Shown piece by piece: positions 27,231-40,009 of a stretch of DNA of 64,000 nucleotides. Position numbers and translations under genes: made by a program. Under the pieces are notes generated by a model. It did not search any database, was not told where the DNA came from, and saw only the letters and a list, made by a program, of their open reading frames with translations. Source of the stretch: Strigamia acuminata (Eukaryota); assembly GCA_949358305.1 (NCBI GenBank), contig OX442314.1:9424001-9488000 (forward strand), read 5' to 3'. Position 1 is the first letter of the stretch; each line of letters opens with the position of its first letter.

Positions 27231-28679
27231 ATCAACAAAAATAATTTCTACAAATCGTCAAAATCAATAAAACATTTCTAAAAATCCCCAAAACAATTTC
27301 AAAAAAAATCCAAAAAAAAAAATCGACCAAAATATTAATTCCTCCCAAAAAACTAAACCAAAACCTCCCCAAAAACAAACAATTGCCCTCTTGGGCCCAA
27401 TCACCCAAACCCCCAACAAACAACAAAAACCCACCCAAATCTCACCCATCCTTCCAAAAACCCCATCTACCGACAACTTTCCCCCCAAATAAAAAAAACC
27501 ATCAACACCCCTACCCCCACAATCCCCAAACTGCCCACTCCATAAAACCCAATCATTTATTTACCTCGAGAAAAGTCGCTCGAAAAGATGGCCGCGAATG
27601 CCACGAGGTGTCGTTGCGGCGTCCGAGGTCGAGGGTCACGTATCCAAGGTCCCTGCTTGTCAGTTCGCGCACGTTGCGCACGTGGGGGCCCCGAACAAAA
27701 GCGGCAAAGAGGGGAGGAAACCCGTCCATTGTGCCGGCTGAATTGCCAGGTCTATGAAAGAGGTTCCACGAGGTTCCACAACGTGCCTCGTGGTCGATGA
27801 AAAGCTACCAAGTCGCCTCTCGCCCTCCCCCTCCCCCCGTCGGAGCTGGAGGAACGAGGGAACGCACCCCGTGCTCCGCGTTCCCCTTGGACGACCTCTC
27901 GAGTGTGGGGTTCAAGAGAAAACTAAAGGTGGACTCGTTCCATCAATAGTGCAGTTTGTGTTTGATTTGATCATTGCAACAAAAGCCAGAAAGGTTCAAA
28001 CTGCAACAAGTGGGCCAAACAAATTGCACCTCGCTACAGCGAACGAGGAGATTGCAAATTGGTGGGGGCAATCAACAAGTTGGAGCGGGAACAATGCGCA
28101 CTTGATTCGCTTTGATTTCGGTGTGATTGGGGCTCCCTTTGGGAATAATTCGCACGGCGATTCGAATTCCCCTTTGGGTTGGCTGCTCCTGGTGGGTTGG
28201 TTGGAAGTTTGGGTAGTTCTTGTGGGAGAAGGCCCCCTAATCAAAAAAAAATTTTTTTTTTTTTGTATAATGGAAATTTTCTAAAAAAAAAAATTTTTTT
28301 TGGAGTTTTAATTTTTCATGGGCCCCAAGTGAAGGGCCCCGTGCGGCGGTGGGCCCCTCCCCTTCCCCCCTCCCCCCAGAGTCAAGATTTTTTTTTTTTA
28401 AATTAAAATTTTGAAGACAATTTCGTTTTCGGGAAAGGGTTTATTTTTTTTTCGTGGGCCCCGCTTAAAGGGGGTTTGCGTAAATCAGTGTTGGTCGTCT
28501 TCAAGTGATTCATGCAGTGTGAGTCATTTTCTTATGGTTTCTGTTACTGCAGATGGTTTAGATTTATTGGGTTTTAATTTATCGTTTATAAAAATGTTGT
28601 TGAGAATAATAAGCGATTATTTTGACTTTTTATAAATTGTTTTTTGTCAGAATAAATCGATTTTTGTAAAAAATAATTT

Positions 28680-29250
28680 GATTTTTGTCCAAATATCAAT
28701 TTTTGTCCAAATATCAATTTTTGTCCAAATATCATTTTTTGTCCAAATATCAATTTTTGTCCAAATATCAATTTTTGTCCAAATATCAATTTTTGTCCAA
28801 ATATCAATTTTTGTCCAAATATCAATTTTTGTCCAAATATCAATTTTTGTCCAAATATTAATTTTTAGCCAAATATCAATTTTTGTCCAAATAAATCAAT
28901 TAATAAATCGTTTTTTTCCAAAATAAATCAATTTTTGTCCAAATATCAATTTTTGTCCAAATATCAATTTTTGTCCAAATAAATCAATTTTTGTCCAAAT
29001 AAATCGATTTTTGTCCAAATAAATTGATTTTTGTCCAAATAAATCGATTTTTGTCCAAATAAATCGATTTTTGTCCAAATAAATCGATTTTTGTACAAAT
29101 TAATCAATAAATCAATTAATAAATCGTCTTTTGTCAAAATGAATCAATTTTTAGTCAAAATGAATCGATTTTTATCAAAATAAATCGATTTTTGCAAAAT
29201 AAATCAATTTTTGTCAAAATGTATCAATCTTTGTCTAAATAAATCAATTT
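28680..29250. repeat. 18/20-bp tandem array (AAATATCAATTTTTGTCC / AAATAAATCGATTTTTGTCC)
   Basis: Direct periodicity, decaying rightwards into C/A-rich sequence. Confidence 0.93.
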
Positions 29251-29968
29251 TTTTCAAAAATAATTCCATTTTCTCCAAAATAAATCCATTTTTCCAAATT
29301 AAATCGATTTCAATCAAAACAAACCAATTCCTATCAAAACAAATCATTTTCCCCAAAATAACATCAATAATTAATCAATTATTTTCACAACAAATTTCCA
29401 TCCCTTCCACAAAAACCACAACTCACAAAACCAACTCACCAAAACATTATTTACATCTCCATGCCGACACCACCAAAAAATCGCCTTCCCACGATCACCA
29501 ACACCACCCGACTCCCTCCAACCCCAAAACCTCATCCCAACTCATCAAATTTCCACCCCGACTTCTCCAATTCCATTCTACGACCAATTCCACCATTAAA
29601 TTCAAATCCACATCTTAAACTTTCACCTCCCAAACTCAAACAACCAAAGCATAACTTTCCATCCAGGTCAACCAGCTGCAAATTACTCATCTTAATCTCC
29701 CCTTTCAAAGACACCCTTTTACCCCCAAAACCCCAACACAAAACAAAACAAACTACACCCCCGACCCCCAAAAACCTCTCCCACCTCCGTCTATTCACCC
29801 CAAATTACCTCCATCCCAATTGCATCCTTGCTAACGAACCATTCAACGCTTCCTGAACATTCAGGCGCCCTCTACCGTCGGAATCCATCCTTTTTATAAC
29901 TAATTCCGTCCCCAACCCCCTCCTCACGGATTACTTTCAAACCACTTTGCCCTCCACACCCCTCAAAC

Positions 29969-30590
29969 CTCGTTATAACGAATTTCCTAAAATTCACACC
30001 AAAACTTCATCATTTTTCTCCATTTTTGTGTCTCACTGCCCCCCTAGTGTCCATTTCAACACCCCCACCCGTCCATTACACCACACCACTCTCGTTATTA
30101 CGAATTTTCTCAAATTCACACCAAAATTTCATCATTTTTTGTTAATTTTGTGTCTCACTGCCCCCCTATTGTCCATTTCAACACCCCCACCAGTCCATTA
30201 CACCACACCACTCTCGTTATAACGAATTTCCTAAAATTCACACCAAAATTTCATCATTTTTGTCCATTTTTGTGTCTCACTGCCCCCCTATTGTCCATTT
30301 CAACACCCCCACCCGTCCATTACACCACACCACTCTCGTTATAACGAATTTTCTAAAATTCACACTAAAATTTCATTATTTTTGTTAATTTTGTGTTCCA
30401 CTGCCCCCCTATTGTCCATTTCAACACCCCCACCCGTCCATTACACCACCCCACCCTCGTTACAACAAATTAACTCAAAAATCAAAGCAAAACTTTGTCA
30501 AAAATTCAAATTTCTCTCCAATTTTGTGTTTCCCTGGCCCCTATTGTCCGCTTGGCGACCCCCACCCGTCGATTGCACCTATTCCCCCTT
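29969..30590. repeat. 122-bp tandem repeat, ~5 units
   Basis: CTCGTTA starts at 29969, 30091, 30213, 30335 and 30456; the last unit is diverged. Confidence 0.92.
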
Positions 30591-30767
30591 AAAATTACTC
30601 ATTTTACATCCAGATCCCTTTTAAAGAGGGGGTTGCCACCCTCCCGTCTTGATCCAGTGCCTGGATGGCCGGGAAAGTCGCCTCGAGGCACCCAGGGACG
30701 CCGAGGGACGTTGAGATATTAGTGCCACGCCCACCGGCATAGGCGGAGTTGCGAGCAGCGGGTGCAA

Positions 30768-31234
30768 GCACCTGTGGCGTTGTTTTTCCGTTACAAAGTT
30801 GTACAAGTGTTGTCTGGCTTTGGTGAATCATCTTAAATGTGGCGTCATTTTCGTTCGGATCGTGGGGAGCAGAATGGGGGAGTAAAGGGGATGTTTTAAC
30901 ACGTCTCGACTTGCATTGGAAAATTGAAATAATAACTTAAATGCAGGAAGTGAGCTTATTCATGCCAAATAATCTGTTTTGCTACGATTTAACCAAGAGG
31001 AACAACAACATTTCGTTTATTTCTCGCGATTTGCGATGTTTTTTGGTACAACCTGATGTTGGATGACGAAATGTGGCATTTAATTGTTGTGGTTGGCTTT
31101 CATTTGAATAAGTGGAGCTGTTATTAAAGAATGGAGTGTTTTGAAATTTTTTTTGTGTTGTAATACCACTTTTAGTGAGGGTGTGTTGGAATTTTGGGGC
31201 CGGAAATGTCAGTTTTCAAGATATTCTGAAGGTT
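30768..31234 (-). repeat. ~480-bp dispersed repeat, copy 2 (inverted relative to 7457-7935)
   Basis: See copy 1. Confidence 0.9.
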
Positions 31235-31238
31235 ATTA

Positions 31239-31943
31239 CGGTCGAAACTCTTTATAACGAATCGCAAGGGACCGAAAAATCGATTTGTTATAACGAGAAT
31301 TCGTTATAGCTGGACCCCGGATATTTATGCAAAATAAAATTCGTTTTATGCGCATAAAATACGCACCAAAAATTACATTTTACGCAAAACAAAAATAAAA
31401 ATATGCAAAATAAAAAAATTTATTCGAGTGAAATCAGGTGTAATAAACTTAATGCCGTTTCAAAGTGTTCTTGATGTAAATAAATTATAATTAGTAATCA
31501 CAATTTTTTTTTTATTTGTTTATTTGTTTATTTCTTAAAACTTTTTCCAGACACTAATTTAGTGACTTCCCCTGGTGTCTGTTTTTGGCAAAATCCTCAG
31601 TTTCCCTAACGCAAGCATACGTACACGACACGTGTCTTAAAAAAAGACAAAGTTACTTACATGTTAAATATCGTTAAAAAAAGACATAAATCGCCGTTTT
31701 TCCCCGGAAAAATGGCAATTTACGCATTTATTTACCGATTATCACGAAATATGCAATTTAAGCCAATTTCGGCTTTTTATTCAATATAAATATATTCGAT
31801 GCATTTATACATTTATCCGGGGTCTAGATAACAAATTTTTTTAACATCGTGTTCTATGGCCAGCCAACCAAACCAGCCATTTTTAGGTATTCGTTATATC
31901 GATAATTTGTTATATCGCGATTCGTTATAAAGAGTTTCGACTG
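31239..31943 (-). mobile_element. Tigger/pogo-like non-autonomous element with nested MITE (~31311-31826)
   Basis: TA-CGGTCGAAACTCTTTATAACGAATCGC ... GCGATTCGTTATAAAGAGTTTCGACTG-TA; same TIRs as 54627-55152. Nested TGGACCCCGGATA...TATCCGGGGTCTA inverted ends; the right part recurs at ~25140-25345. Confidence 0.85.
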
Positions 31944-34369
31944 TATAATGATTTCTCTATTGCATTCCTGGTTACGCCACTGGTTTCTCGTAATTTAATA
32001 TTTTGTTAGAAAAAAAATGCCAAGAGTCCATTCAATCTTGCAAACAGCACAGTGAAGCCCACTTTGCCAAAATGTAAATTTAGTATAAAATAAAAAACAT
32101 TTTTCCATACTTTGTTATTTCCAGGGTCCAGTGATGACATTTCAGCATTTTTAATTGAATCCAGTCAAGTGTTGTTGTTCTTTTCCTGTTGTTTTCTTTC
32201 CTAGCGTTAAATGGAAAAAATTTGATTGAATTAATTGCTGTTTTTAATTTTCATTATAGCGAGGTTCTCTGCCTAATTGATTGACCAAACAAGCGAGGTT
32301 ATTTTGATTGCAGCTATGATCAAATTTGTTTTTTATTTTTATTCGTCTTCCACTTTCCTAACTGGGAAAATGGAGTTGAATCAATTTGTCAAATTAAGGC
32401 ACCGTAAACGCCAACAGCTGATGTCGCATCCAATAAAACGCCATCGACACAATAAAAAGTCTAATTGCATTTTTCATCACCGACCAAAACTTCGCCATTT
32501 GAGTCAATTTTCTTGACCAATTCAAATACTTTTTAAAAAGAAAGACAAATGTCGACATTACTTCACAACGTGGAAAAATTGTTCACCCTAATTAAAGAAA
32601 ACATTTCCGATCGTATTTTTTAAATTATAAATTAATAACGGTCCATATTGAACTACATTTAACAACAATAAGAGCGAGGGTTTATTACAGGGGTCGGCAA
32701 ATAATTTTAAGTGGGGTCCGGATACTATTGAAAATTTTTATCGAGGTCCAGAAAAAAAAACTCATAATACTTACTAGTTTTAAATTTTTATTTTGACTCA
32801 TTTAAGTAATTATATAAAACAGCACAGCATAGCAACAGCTACGTATGTATCTACCTCGAAAACTAGTTATATAAAAATATTAATTAAATTGAATAGGTAG
32901 GTAAGTTATTTAAAAATATTTGGCGGTCCAAGTTTCGACCTTCCGCGGAAATTTGAACTTCGTATCTCTGAAAGCTCGTAAATCGGACGTTCGTACGTTA
33001 AGGAGTTACTGTATCTAAGTTATACCACGTTTGCACTTGAACCACTTATCTACATAACTACCTAACTTTTGGAAAGTCTTGTGTTCACACTTGTTCTAGT
33101 TTTCTACAACTCACAACAAAATGGCGCCTCTTCTCCAGGGGCGAGCGCTCTGCAGGCAAGTTTCACGCCAAACTTCGAAAGTTATCCAAATTGCTCCGCA
33201 ACATCTGCAAAGACTGCAAAAATAAAAAAAAATTTAATTTTGTCGCACCCAACACGCTGAAATATATTGTTTTGCACACAACAGGAAGTAGCTAATCCTT
33301 ATTTATATACATTTTATTCTATGATTTACGCATCATCATCCCACAACATGCATCACTTTTATTATTGCCGCTTCCAACTTTTAATTAAAACTTGCAACCA
33401 CCTTTTTTTATCCCCCCCGAAAACTTTAAAACTCCCACACAATTTATGTCCACTTTTTTTTCCGTACGGCGCATCAAACCGGAAACTCATCGTAAACATT
33501 CAACACAAAACGGTCACGTGCAGCCACGTGCTGAGTGCCCGGATGTCCGCCATTGAAACTTCGAGTTCGAATTTAAAATGCAAAGTTCCTTTGTATTCGT
33601 CCCATCATGCATCGCACACACGCAAAAACTCGCCACCCTCGCTACAACGACCGCACAAACAACCACAAACCGAAAGTTAAAAAAAAAACAAAAAAAACCC
33701 AACAAGTGGCATTGTCTCCCAAAATTAACCATTAAAAAAAAAACCTCGTTACAACGAATTCCCTTCACTCTCCACCACAACTTCGTTATAACGAGGTCGC
33801 CATGTAGACACGCGCAGTTTCCGTCCCTGTCGGACGGGAAGACGAGCCGAGTTGAGTTCCGGTGTGAACGGAGTTGATTTACAGCCCCGAGCGGACAGTC
33901 TTTGGTGTTGGCCACCGAGCAACGCCCCAGGAGATCGACAGAGGAAACTCGTAAAGATGGACGCCTGACTAAAAGCTCAGCGCATCAAGGATTTTCACTC
34001 TTTTTTACGAGTCCCAATCTCATTTGGATCGCATCCAAGATGAGGATAGGCAAATGGAGTAAAACCAGCTGACAGTACACGACCTAATCCTGCATGCCTC
34101 ATCTATTCAAAATTGCTCCTGCGACTGAGCCCATCAGCAGGCCGGAGTAAATCATAAGATGAGATGGAACAGCATGGACCCTTATCTCTCATTTTAGACA
34201 TCGCAAGAAGAAGAAATGCACAATTTCCAACTATTGGAGATTTGTGCATTTAAATGGCGTCGTTCAGAGACCGTGTTTTGAGTGGAGCATTTTTCGGACT
34301 CGGCGGTTTTGGAAATTTAGCATCGTCGTGACCCCGAGTAGGTTTGACCGATAGAGTTCGACTTCGAAC

Positions 34370-34586
34370 CAGAGATCTGCGTTGGCGTAAAATCCTTACC
34401 CGTTACCCGCCCGTTACCCGTCTCCAAAAAAAAATTCTCTACCTTACCATACCCTACCTGTACCCGTTCCTGAACGCGATCACGTTTGCCAGAGATGTGG
34501 CGTAAAAACTGTATCCGTTACCCGCCCGCACCCGTAGGGTACGGGCGGGTAGGGTAACGGTTACGAGTACCCAATGCAGATCTCTG
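34370..34586. mobile_element. hAT-type MITE
   Basis: TIR CAGAGATCTGC...GCAGATCTCTG; 8-bp TSD CTTCGAAC/GTTCGAAC (1 mismatch); subterminal TACCCG repeats; internal hairpin TACCCGCCCG..CGGGCGGGTA. Confidence 0.85.
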
Positions 34587-36811
34587 GTTCGAACACTACA
34601 GTGCAATACTGCGATGTTCCGGTGTGATCTCTGTGGGTTCTTCTTGGTTAATGAAAACCAAAATAATATTTCAATCATAATAATACAATACAAAATTAAA
34701 ATAACACAAACACCCCCTAGTTGGCTCCTCTGAAACACTCAATTTATCTTCTTTAAACACTAAATGATGTCACATAGGACAGGCGATGTGACTGACTACC
34801 CCGAAGCCACTTGTTTCTTTGTTTTTCTTTTACAAATTTTGGAACTGCCACTCGATATAACGAAAAGGCAACTTGGATAATCTTTCTCCACAAGGGGAAG
34901 CTGCGCCTCCTCCCCCTCTCTTGACCCCCACGAACCTAACCTTAACCGTTCTATTACGTGTAATAAGAGATTGGGCATTTGTTTAGTTCTAAATTGGGGT
35001 TCCGTGTCCCCACTGTTGTGTTCTAATGGAAACACGTGACCACCCGCAATGATCCGTTCTTATCAGTTTGCGTGCAAATGTTTGGAAATTCAAGAGTTTG
35101 TGGATCAAGATTGTTAGGTGGAGCAAACTGGGAACAAAAATCGTTTCTGATTTTGTTTATTTAAATTTCGTTATAACGAGGTTTCAAATAAATATTGTAA
35201 ACATCCATCAGTAAAAAGCGGAAATAAATTAGTCACCTGTATGAATTCTTATTTAAATTGATTTTTTCCAACTGCAAATATTTATTGACATAATAAAAAT
35301 AGTCTTACTGACTAATGATTATTTTAAAAAGCGAAAACAATTCAATTTTTCTCTCCACTTTATCATGATTAGTCATCATATGTACACAAACACCTCCTGC
35401 TAAAAACTGCAACGCATTAGGCCTACTTTAGCATAGACGACAAAAAAAAATATATATATATATATATAGTGACGGGGGGCTACTCAGTTAGGGTAATTTA
35501 GGGACTAATTAGCCCAATGTAGAACACATCCTCACGTAAATAAAAATGAATTATATATATTATATTATATAATATTTTTTTTTCTATACACGTTCAAATT
35601 TAGAAATTTTTGAACTCGTAACCCTTACCTCATTTGATGAACCCAATATTTATTTTTTATCCGCATTGTTTCACTTACAGACTGAATGGCTCCTGCCTTA
35701 CTCATGTTGCGGTTCTGACATCACTTCTGGAATTCATTTATTTTTTTTAATTTTCCCTTATGGAAAAAAAAACGGATCATTGAACTTGACCCAGCGTCCC
35801 AAATGACACATTCAGCTCCAAAAACATTAAATTAAAAAAATAAAAAAATAAATAAATAAATAAATGCATTTTTCACTTCTATTCAATCAAATTCATCCAA
35901 AATTGTAAATAAAAATCACCTTCACCACCCCCTGCCCCCTTGACCACTCACTCCACACGTACATTTAGTGCCAGACCCCAAACTGACCACTAATTTTCCA
36001 TTTTTCACATTTATTCATCAAACAAATCTAAAAAATTCAACAAAATCCAAAATAAAATTCACCTTGACCACCCCTACCCCCTTGACCACTCACTCCACAC
36101 ACAAATCCACCAAACCCCCAAAACTGACCACCAATTTTCCATTCCTCAAACCCATCCATAAAAATAAATCCAAAAATAAAAACTAAAAATTAAAAAAATA
36201 AATCACCTTGACCATCCGCCCCCCGCCCCCCTTGTCCACTCACTTCGCACGCACATCTCAAAACCAATCTCACTTCCGTGTGAATTTTTCCATTGCACAA
36301 CATTTCACTTTCCCCATCAACAACAACTCTCCTCTCCCCAATCGGCGGACCACGGAACGGTCATCCACGTCCAGCACCACCCCCTCCCCACCCCCGATCT
36401 CCCAGCGGTGACATTGACAAATGAAGGCGATGGCGAGCGCCCGTCAACGCCAAAACGACGTGGCATTTTCCCGGTTCCTGGAGGGACCGCGAACAAAAGC
36501 CGAGAAGGGGGTGCGAGGTGTCCTTGAATCAACCCTTTGACCACCAGTAGCGAACGGGCCGGCCAACAAAAGGCGACGGTTTTACCGCTCCACTTTCGCC
36601 CGCACTCGATCTGCCTTATTAAGTCGTTGATGATGTGGCAGTAAATTCGATCTGTGCGTTTAAGGCCCCAGCGCAAACGCCCCCCGCGCGGTGGCGCTGC
36701 GCATCAAAGCCGATTAAAACGCGCGAGAAAGGCGCGAAAAAAAAAATTTGCATAAAACACCTTTTTTTTGCAAATTTTTTTTTGGGGGGCGCGAGATGTG
36801 TAGAAATCAAA

Positions 36812-36981
36812 CAGTCAAATCTCGTTATAACGAAATTGCGATATAACGAATTTTTCGTTATAACGAAACCTTAAAAATTGGTTGTTTGGCTTGTCGGCCA
36901 TACAACACCATGTTAAAATAATTCGATATAACAAAATTTCGTTATAACAAACCGATTTTTCGTTATAACGAGGCTTGACTG
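36812..36981. mobile_element. Short Tigger/pogo-like MITE
   Basis: CAGTCAAATCTCGTTATAACG ... CGTTATAACGAGGCTTGACTG; internal GCCATA(C/G)AACACCATGTTAAA shared with the 54627 element. Confidence 0.75.
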
Positions 36982-37055
36982 TCTGATTATGCAAATAAAT
37001 CGGTTTCATGAATAATCGACAATCTACTTTTTTTTTAATTCAAAATTTGCATATT

Positions 37056-38139
37056 TGACGTCATTGATAAGTTTCACACGGTCAATTAAATTCGTGACCC
37101 TTTTTCGATGCTGACCGATATGACGTCATTACGGGAGAAAAGGGCAAGGAAGGGGAAATGAGTTTTGGACGGTCCGTTTCGAGTTTGGTTATGATTGATG
37201 ACACTAGGGTCGCATTACATCGTCCATTTTGGTCGCATTCAATCACAACGTCATGTCGGGTCCGTAAAAAACACGTGACTCGAAAAAAATAATTTTTTTT
37301 TCTTAAAAAAAAAAAAAAATTATTTTCCTTCAAAAAGGTTCCAATGACCTCATTTCGCCGCGAGGCGTGCAACCAGTGTCTTCCACTTGACGTCACCACC
37401 GCGAGGGGACGGTTTGTTATTGTTCTTACAACGAGGTGCAACCAAACTCGCGCTCCCACTGGCCGCGCGAGCAGATGAGGTCACCCAATCCCCCTCTCAT
37501 TGGCAGCGCCTCACATCCCATTCGCAAATGACGTCACTCCACACCTGAAAAAAACTCTCAAAAACCACAAAACCAATAAAACCAATTAATAATTTAAAAA
37601 AAAAAACAATTTCTAATTTTATAAAATAAAAAAAAAATATTCTAATAAATTAAAAAAATTAAAAACCCATTTTCACGAGGGGTTGTGCGTTTTGCGAATA
37701 GCCCCCGCCAGCATGACGTCACACCAGTCTAGGGATGTCATGGACTGCCGGCACCACGTGCTGACAGAGCAATGCGATGGCGTTGCGCGGATGCCAGGTC
37801 AAGACGAGGATCAGCATGGATTCGCTGCCATTCGAGGCACCTCCGCACGCGAGGCGGCAGCAGCCACAGATGGATCTCGGTCGAATAATGCGATTTGTGC
37901 TGGATGGACATTTGGAGATTTTCCTCTTCAATCGCATCGTGCGGATTGTTTTCCGCGGAATGTTCCGCGTTTTCGAGCCGGCGAGGCCGGTGTTGGCGCC
38001 GCTCAACATTGCGCCTCATAACGGTAGGTCGGGTTGTTGTTTTATCTTTTGGTTTGCTGGGTTTTGGTGGGGGTTCGTGAAGTGCGGTCGTGTGTAACGT
38101 TGTTTGAGTTTGGAAGTGATTCACTTTAAGGTGACGTCA
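37056..38139. promoter_or_regulatory. Cluster of six perfect CRE palindromes (TGACGTCA)
   Basis: Sites start at 37056, 37121, 37388, 37529, 37714 and 38132, in non-repetitive CpG-rich sequence around a candidate first coding exon. Confidence 0.7.
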
Positions 38140-40009
38140 GGGCGTCTTGATCGTTGACCTTGTTCTTGTGTTTGTTGTTGGGTTTGATTTTGGTTGGATT
38201 TTTTTTTTTTGTTTGGTGATGTAATTTTTTTTTCAGTTTTTTTTGGTTTTTTTGTGTTTATTTTTGGTTTTTGGGCGTTATTTTGGATTTCTAAAATTTT
38301 TTTTTGGTTTTATTGTTTTTTTTTTGGTTTTATTGTTTTTTTTTTGTTTTTATTGTGTTTTTTTTGGTTTTATTTGTTTATTTTATTTTGCTTATTCATT
38401 TTATTTCATTTATTTATTTATTTATTTTCGTTTTCTTCGTTTTTTGGGTGAATTTTGTGTTTTTTGTTTATTTGTTTATATTTTTTTGGTGTTATTTGGG
38501 TTTGTCTGTTTTTGTCGTTTTCGGGGTTTTTCTGGTTGTTCCCGTTTTTAATTTAATCCTCACTTTAGGCTTATTTTTTTGAGTTTTGCGTTTTGTTTTG
38601 TGTTTGTTTTGGAGGGTTTCCGTGTAAAAGAAATCGCTTTTTTTTTTTCGAAATTCTAGTTTGTTTTTTTTGTAATGGAGTGTTGGAGGGGGAATTCGGG
38701 GATTCTCCCGTTTTTTTTTTCATCTAAATTAATAATTAAGAGTTATTTTCATTATTTTAAGCTATTTTGTGATTTTTATACGCATTTTTTGTTTTATTTT
38801 GCGGGTTTTGTGGTTTTTCTTGTGTTTTTGTTTAATTTTGAGGTTTTTATCGTTTTCTTGCGGATTTTGTGGCTTTTTTTGTGGTCTTTGTTGCGTTTGT
38901 GTTTAATTTTAACGTTTTCATCGCTTTTTGGAAGATTTTTCTAAAAAAAAAAAACATAAAAAACACCAAAAACGTCATTTCAACCCCTAATTTTAAGCTT
39001 CTTCCATTGACTTCACGCCTATTTCCCCCATTTTCACATTTTTAAAAACCAATTTCAAACTTCCATCACTCCAAAACGCTTAAACCTCACTCGAAAAACC
39101 ATTTTCAGTGTTCAAAACCTCAATAACAACATTTACTCAACCCATCAAACCCACCAACTCACATGAAAATGCTCTCAAACACACCTCAAACCCCAAAAAT
39201 CACTCAAAAAAACCGAAAACCAAACAATTTTCCACAATATAACTTTCCTCGACCCACATCCGACAAAAAAAGACAAAAAAACCGCAATTCACCATTTCTC
39301 AAATAACTCAAATCCTCAAACCAATTTAACCCTAAAAATCACGCGATGCAATTTATGAATAGAAAACCAAGTTAATTCACCGTTGCTTGTATTTACCTCA
39401 CGCCACCTCCGCTCACTTTCCTGACCCCAGCCAACAAAAGGACTTCCTTTGCACAAAAAAACATGTTCAATCGTGTTCATCGCGCCGTTAATTTCATTCA
39501 TCTGAAAAAATAAATTTTTTGAATTGAAATTTTTATTTTAGGCCTATTTTCTACCAACCGCCGATTTGTTACATTTTTCCATTTTTACTTTCTCCCGAAG
39601 GTGTCCACGAACCATTACTTCCCGACGTGGTTCCGGCAAATGAAAATATCCAGTTATTTGTCGATTTTGGACTCAACTTACGAGTGTTGGCGGATAATTT
39701 TCAAGTCGTTCAAGCTCGACGCCGTTTCTTCCTGCCGCGGTTTACTCACCGCTTCGTTATTTCTATAGTGAGTGGCGCCATCCGTCGATGGTTTTCGGAA
39801 TTATTTCGAACTGAAAATTGAATAATTTGATTAAAATTGGCAATAATTTAATGTTTCGTGATTTGTTTTGTGTTTCAGATGAACGTATTAAATGGTTGGA
39901 GGCTGGTTGTGGAGTTTGTTCAACACATCTGGTGAAAAACTGCCTAAAATCGCCAAAGATGATGTCATGGGACCAGGACAAATGCCAAGTTCCGTCCATT
40001 TTGACCTAG
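37777..40009 (+). CDS. Candidate two-exon gene, 125-aa protein of unknown function (exons 37777-38023 and 39879-40009)
   Basis: Exon 1 is open with strongly G/C-ending codons and ends at donor ACG|GTAGGT (phase 1). Exon 2 follows acceptor TTTGTTTTGTGTTTCAG| in matching phase. Product: MALRGCQVKTRISMDSLPFEAPPHARRQQPQMDLGRIMRFVLDGHLEIFLFNRIVRIVFRGMFRVFEPARPVLAPLNIAPHNDERIKWLEAGCGVCSTHLVKNCLKSPKMMSWDQDKCQVPSILT. No family recognised. Confidence 0.5.

Noticed and set aside
27383..28284. ORFs of 70-176 aa over the GC-rich island, and similar ORFs in the islands at 22311, 24518 and 36317
   Set aside because: No protein motifs or convincing splice structure; open frames are expected at this GC content.
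32688..32725. Isolated hAT-like termini (CAGGGGTCGGCAA here; also ~8770-8786, ~31965-31982) and GGGCCCC-rich patches at 28230-28465 and 48810-49270
   Set aside because: Probably MITE debris, but paired ends and TSDs could not be defined.
33950..34260. Possible Gypsy pol remnant (NQLTVHDLIL)
   Set aside because: Similarity too short to support.
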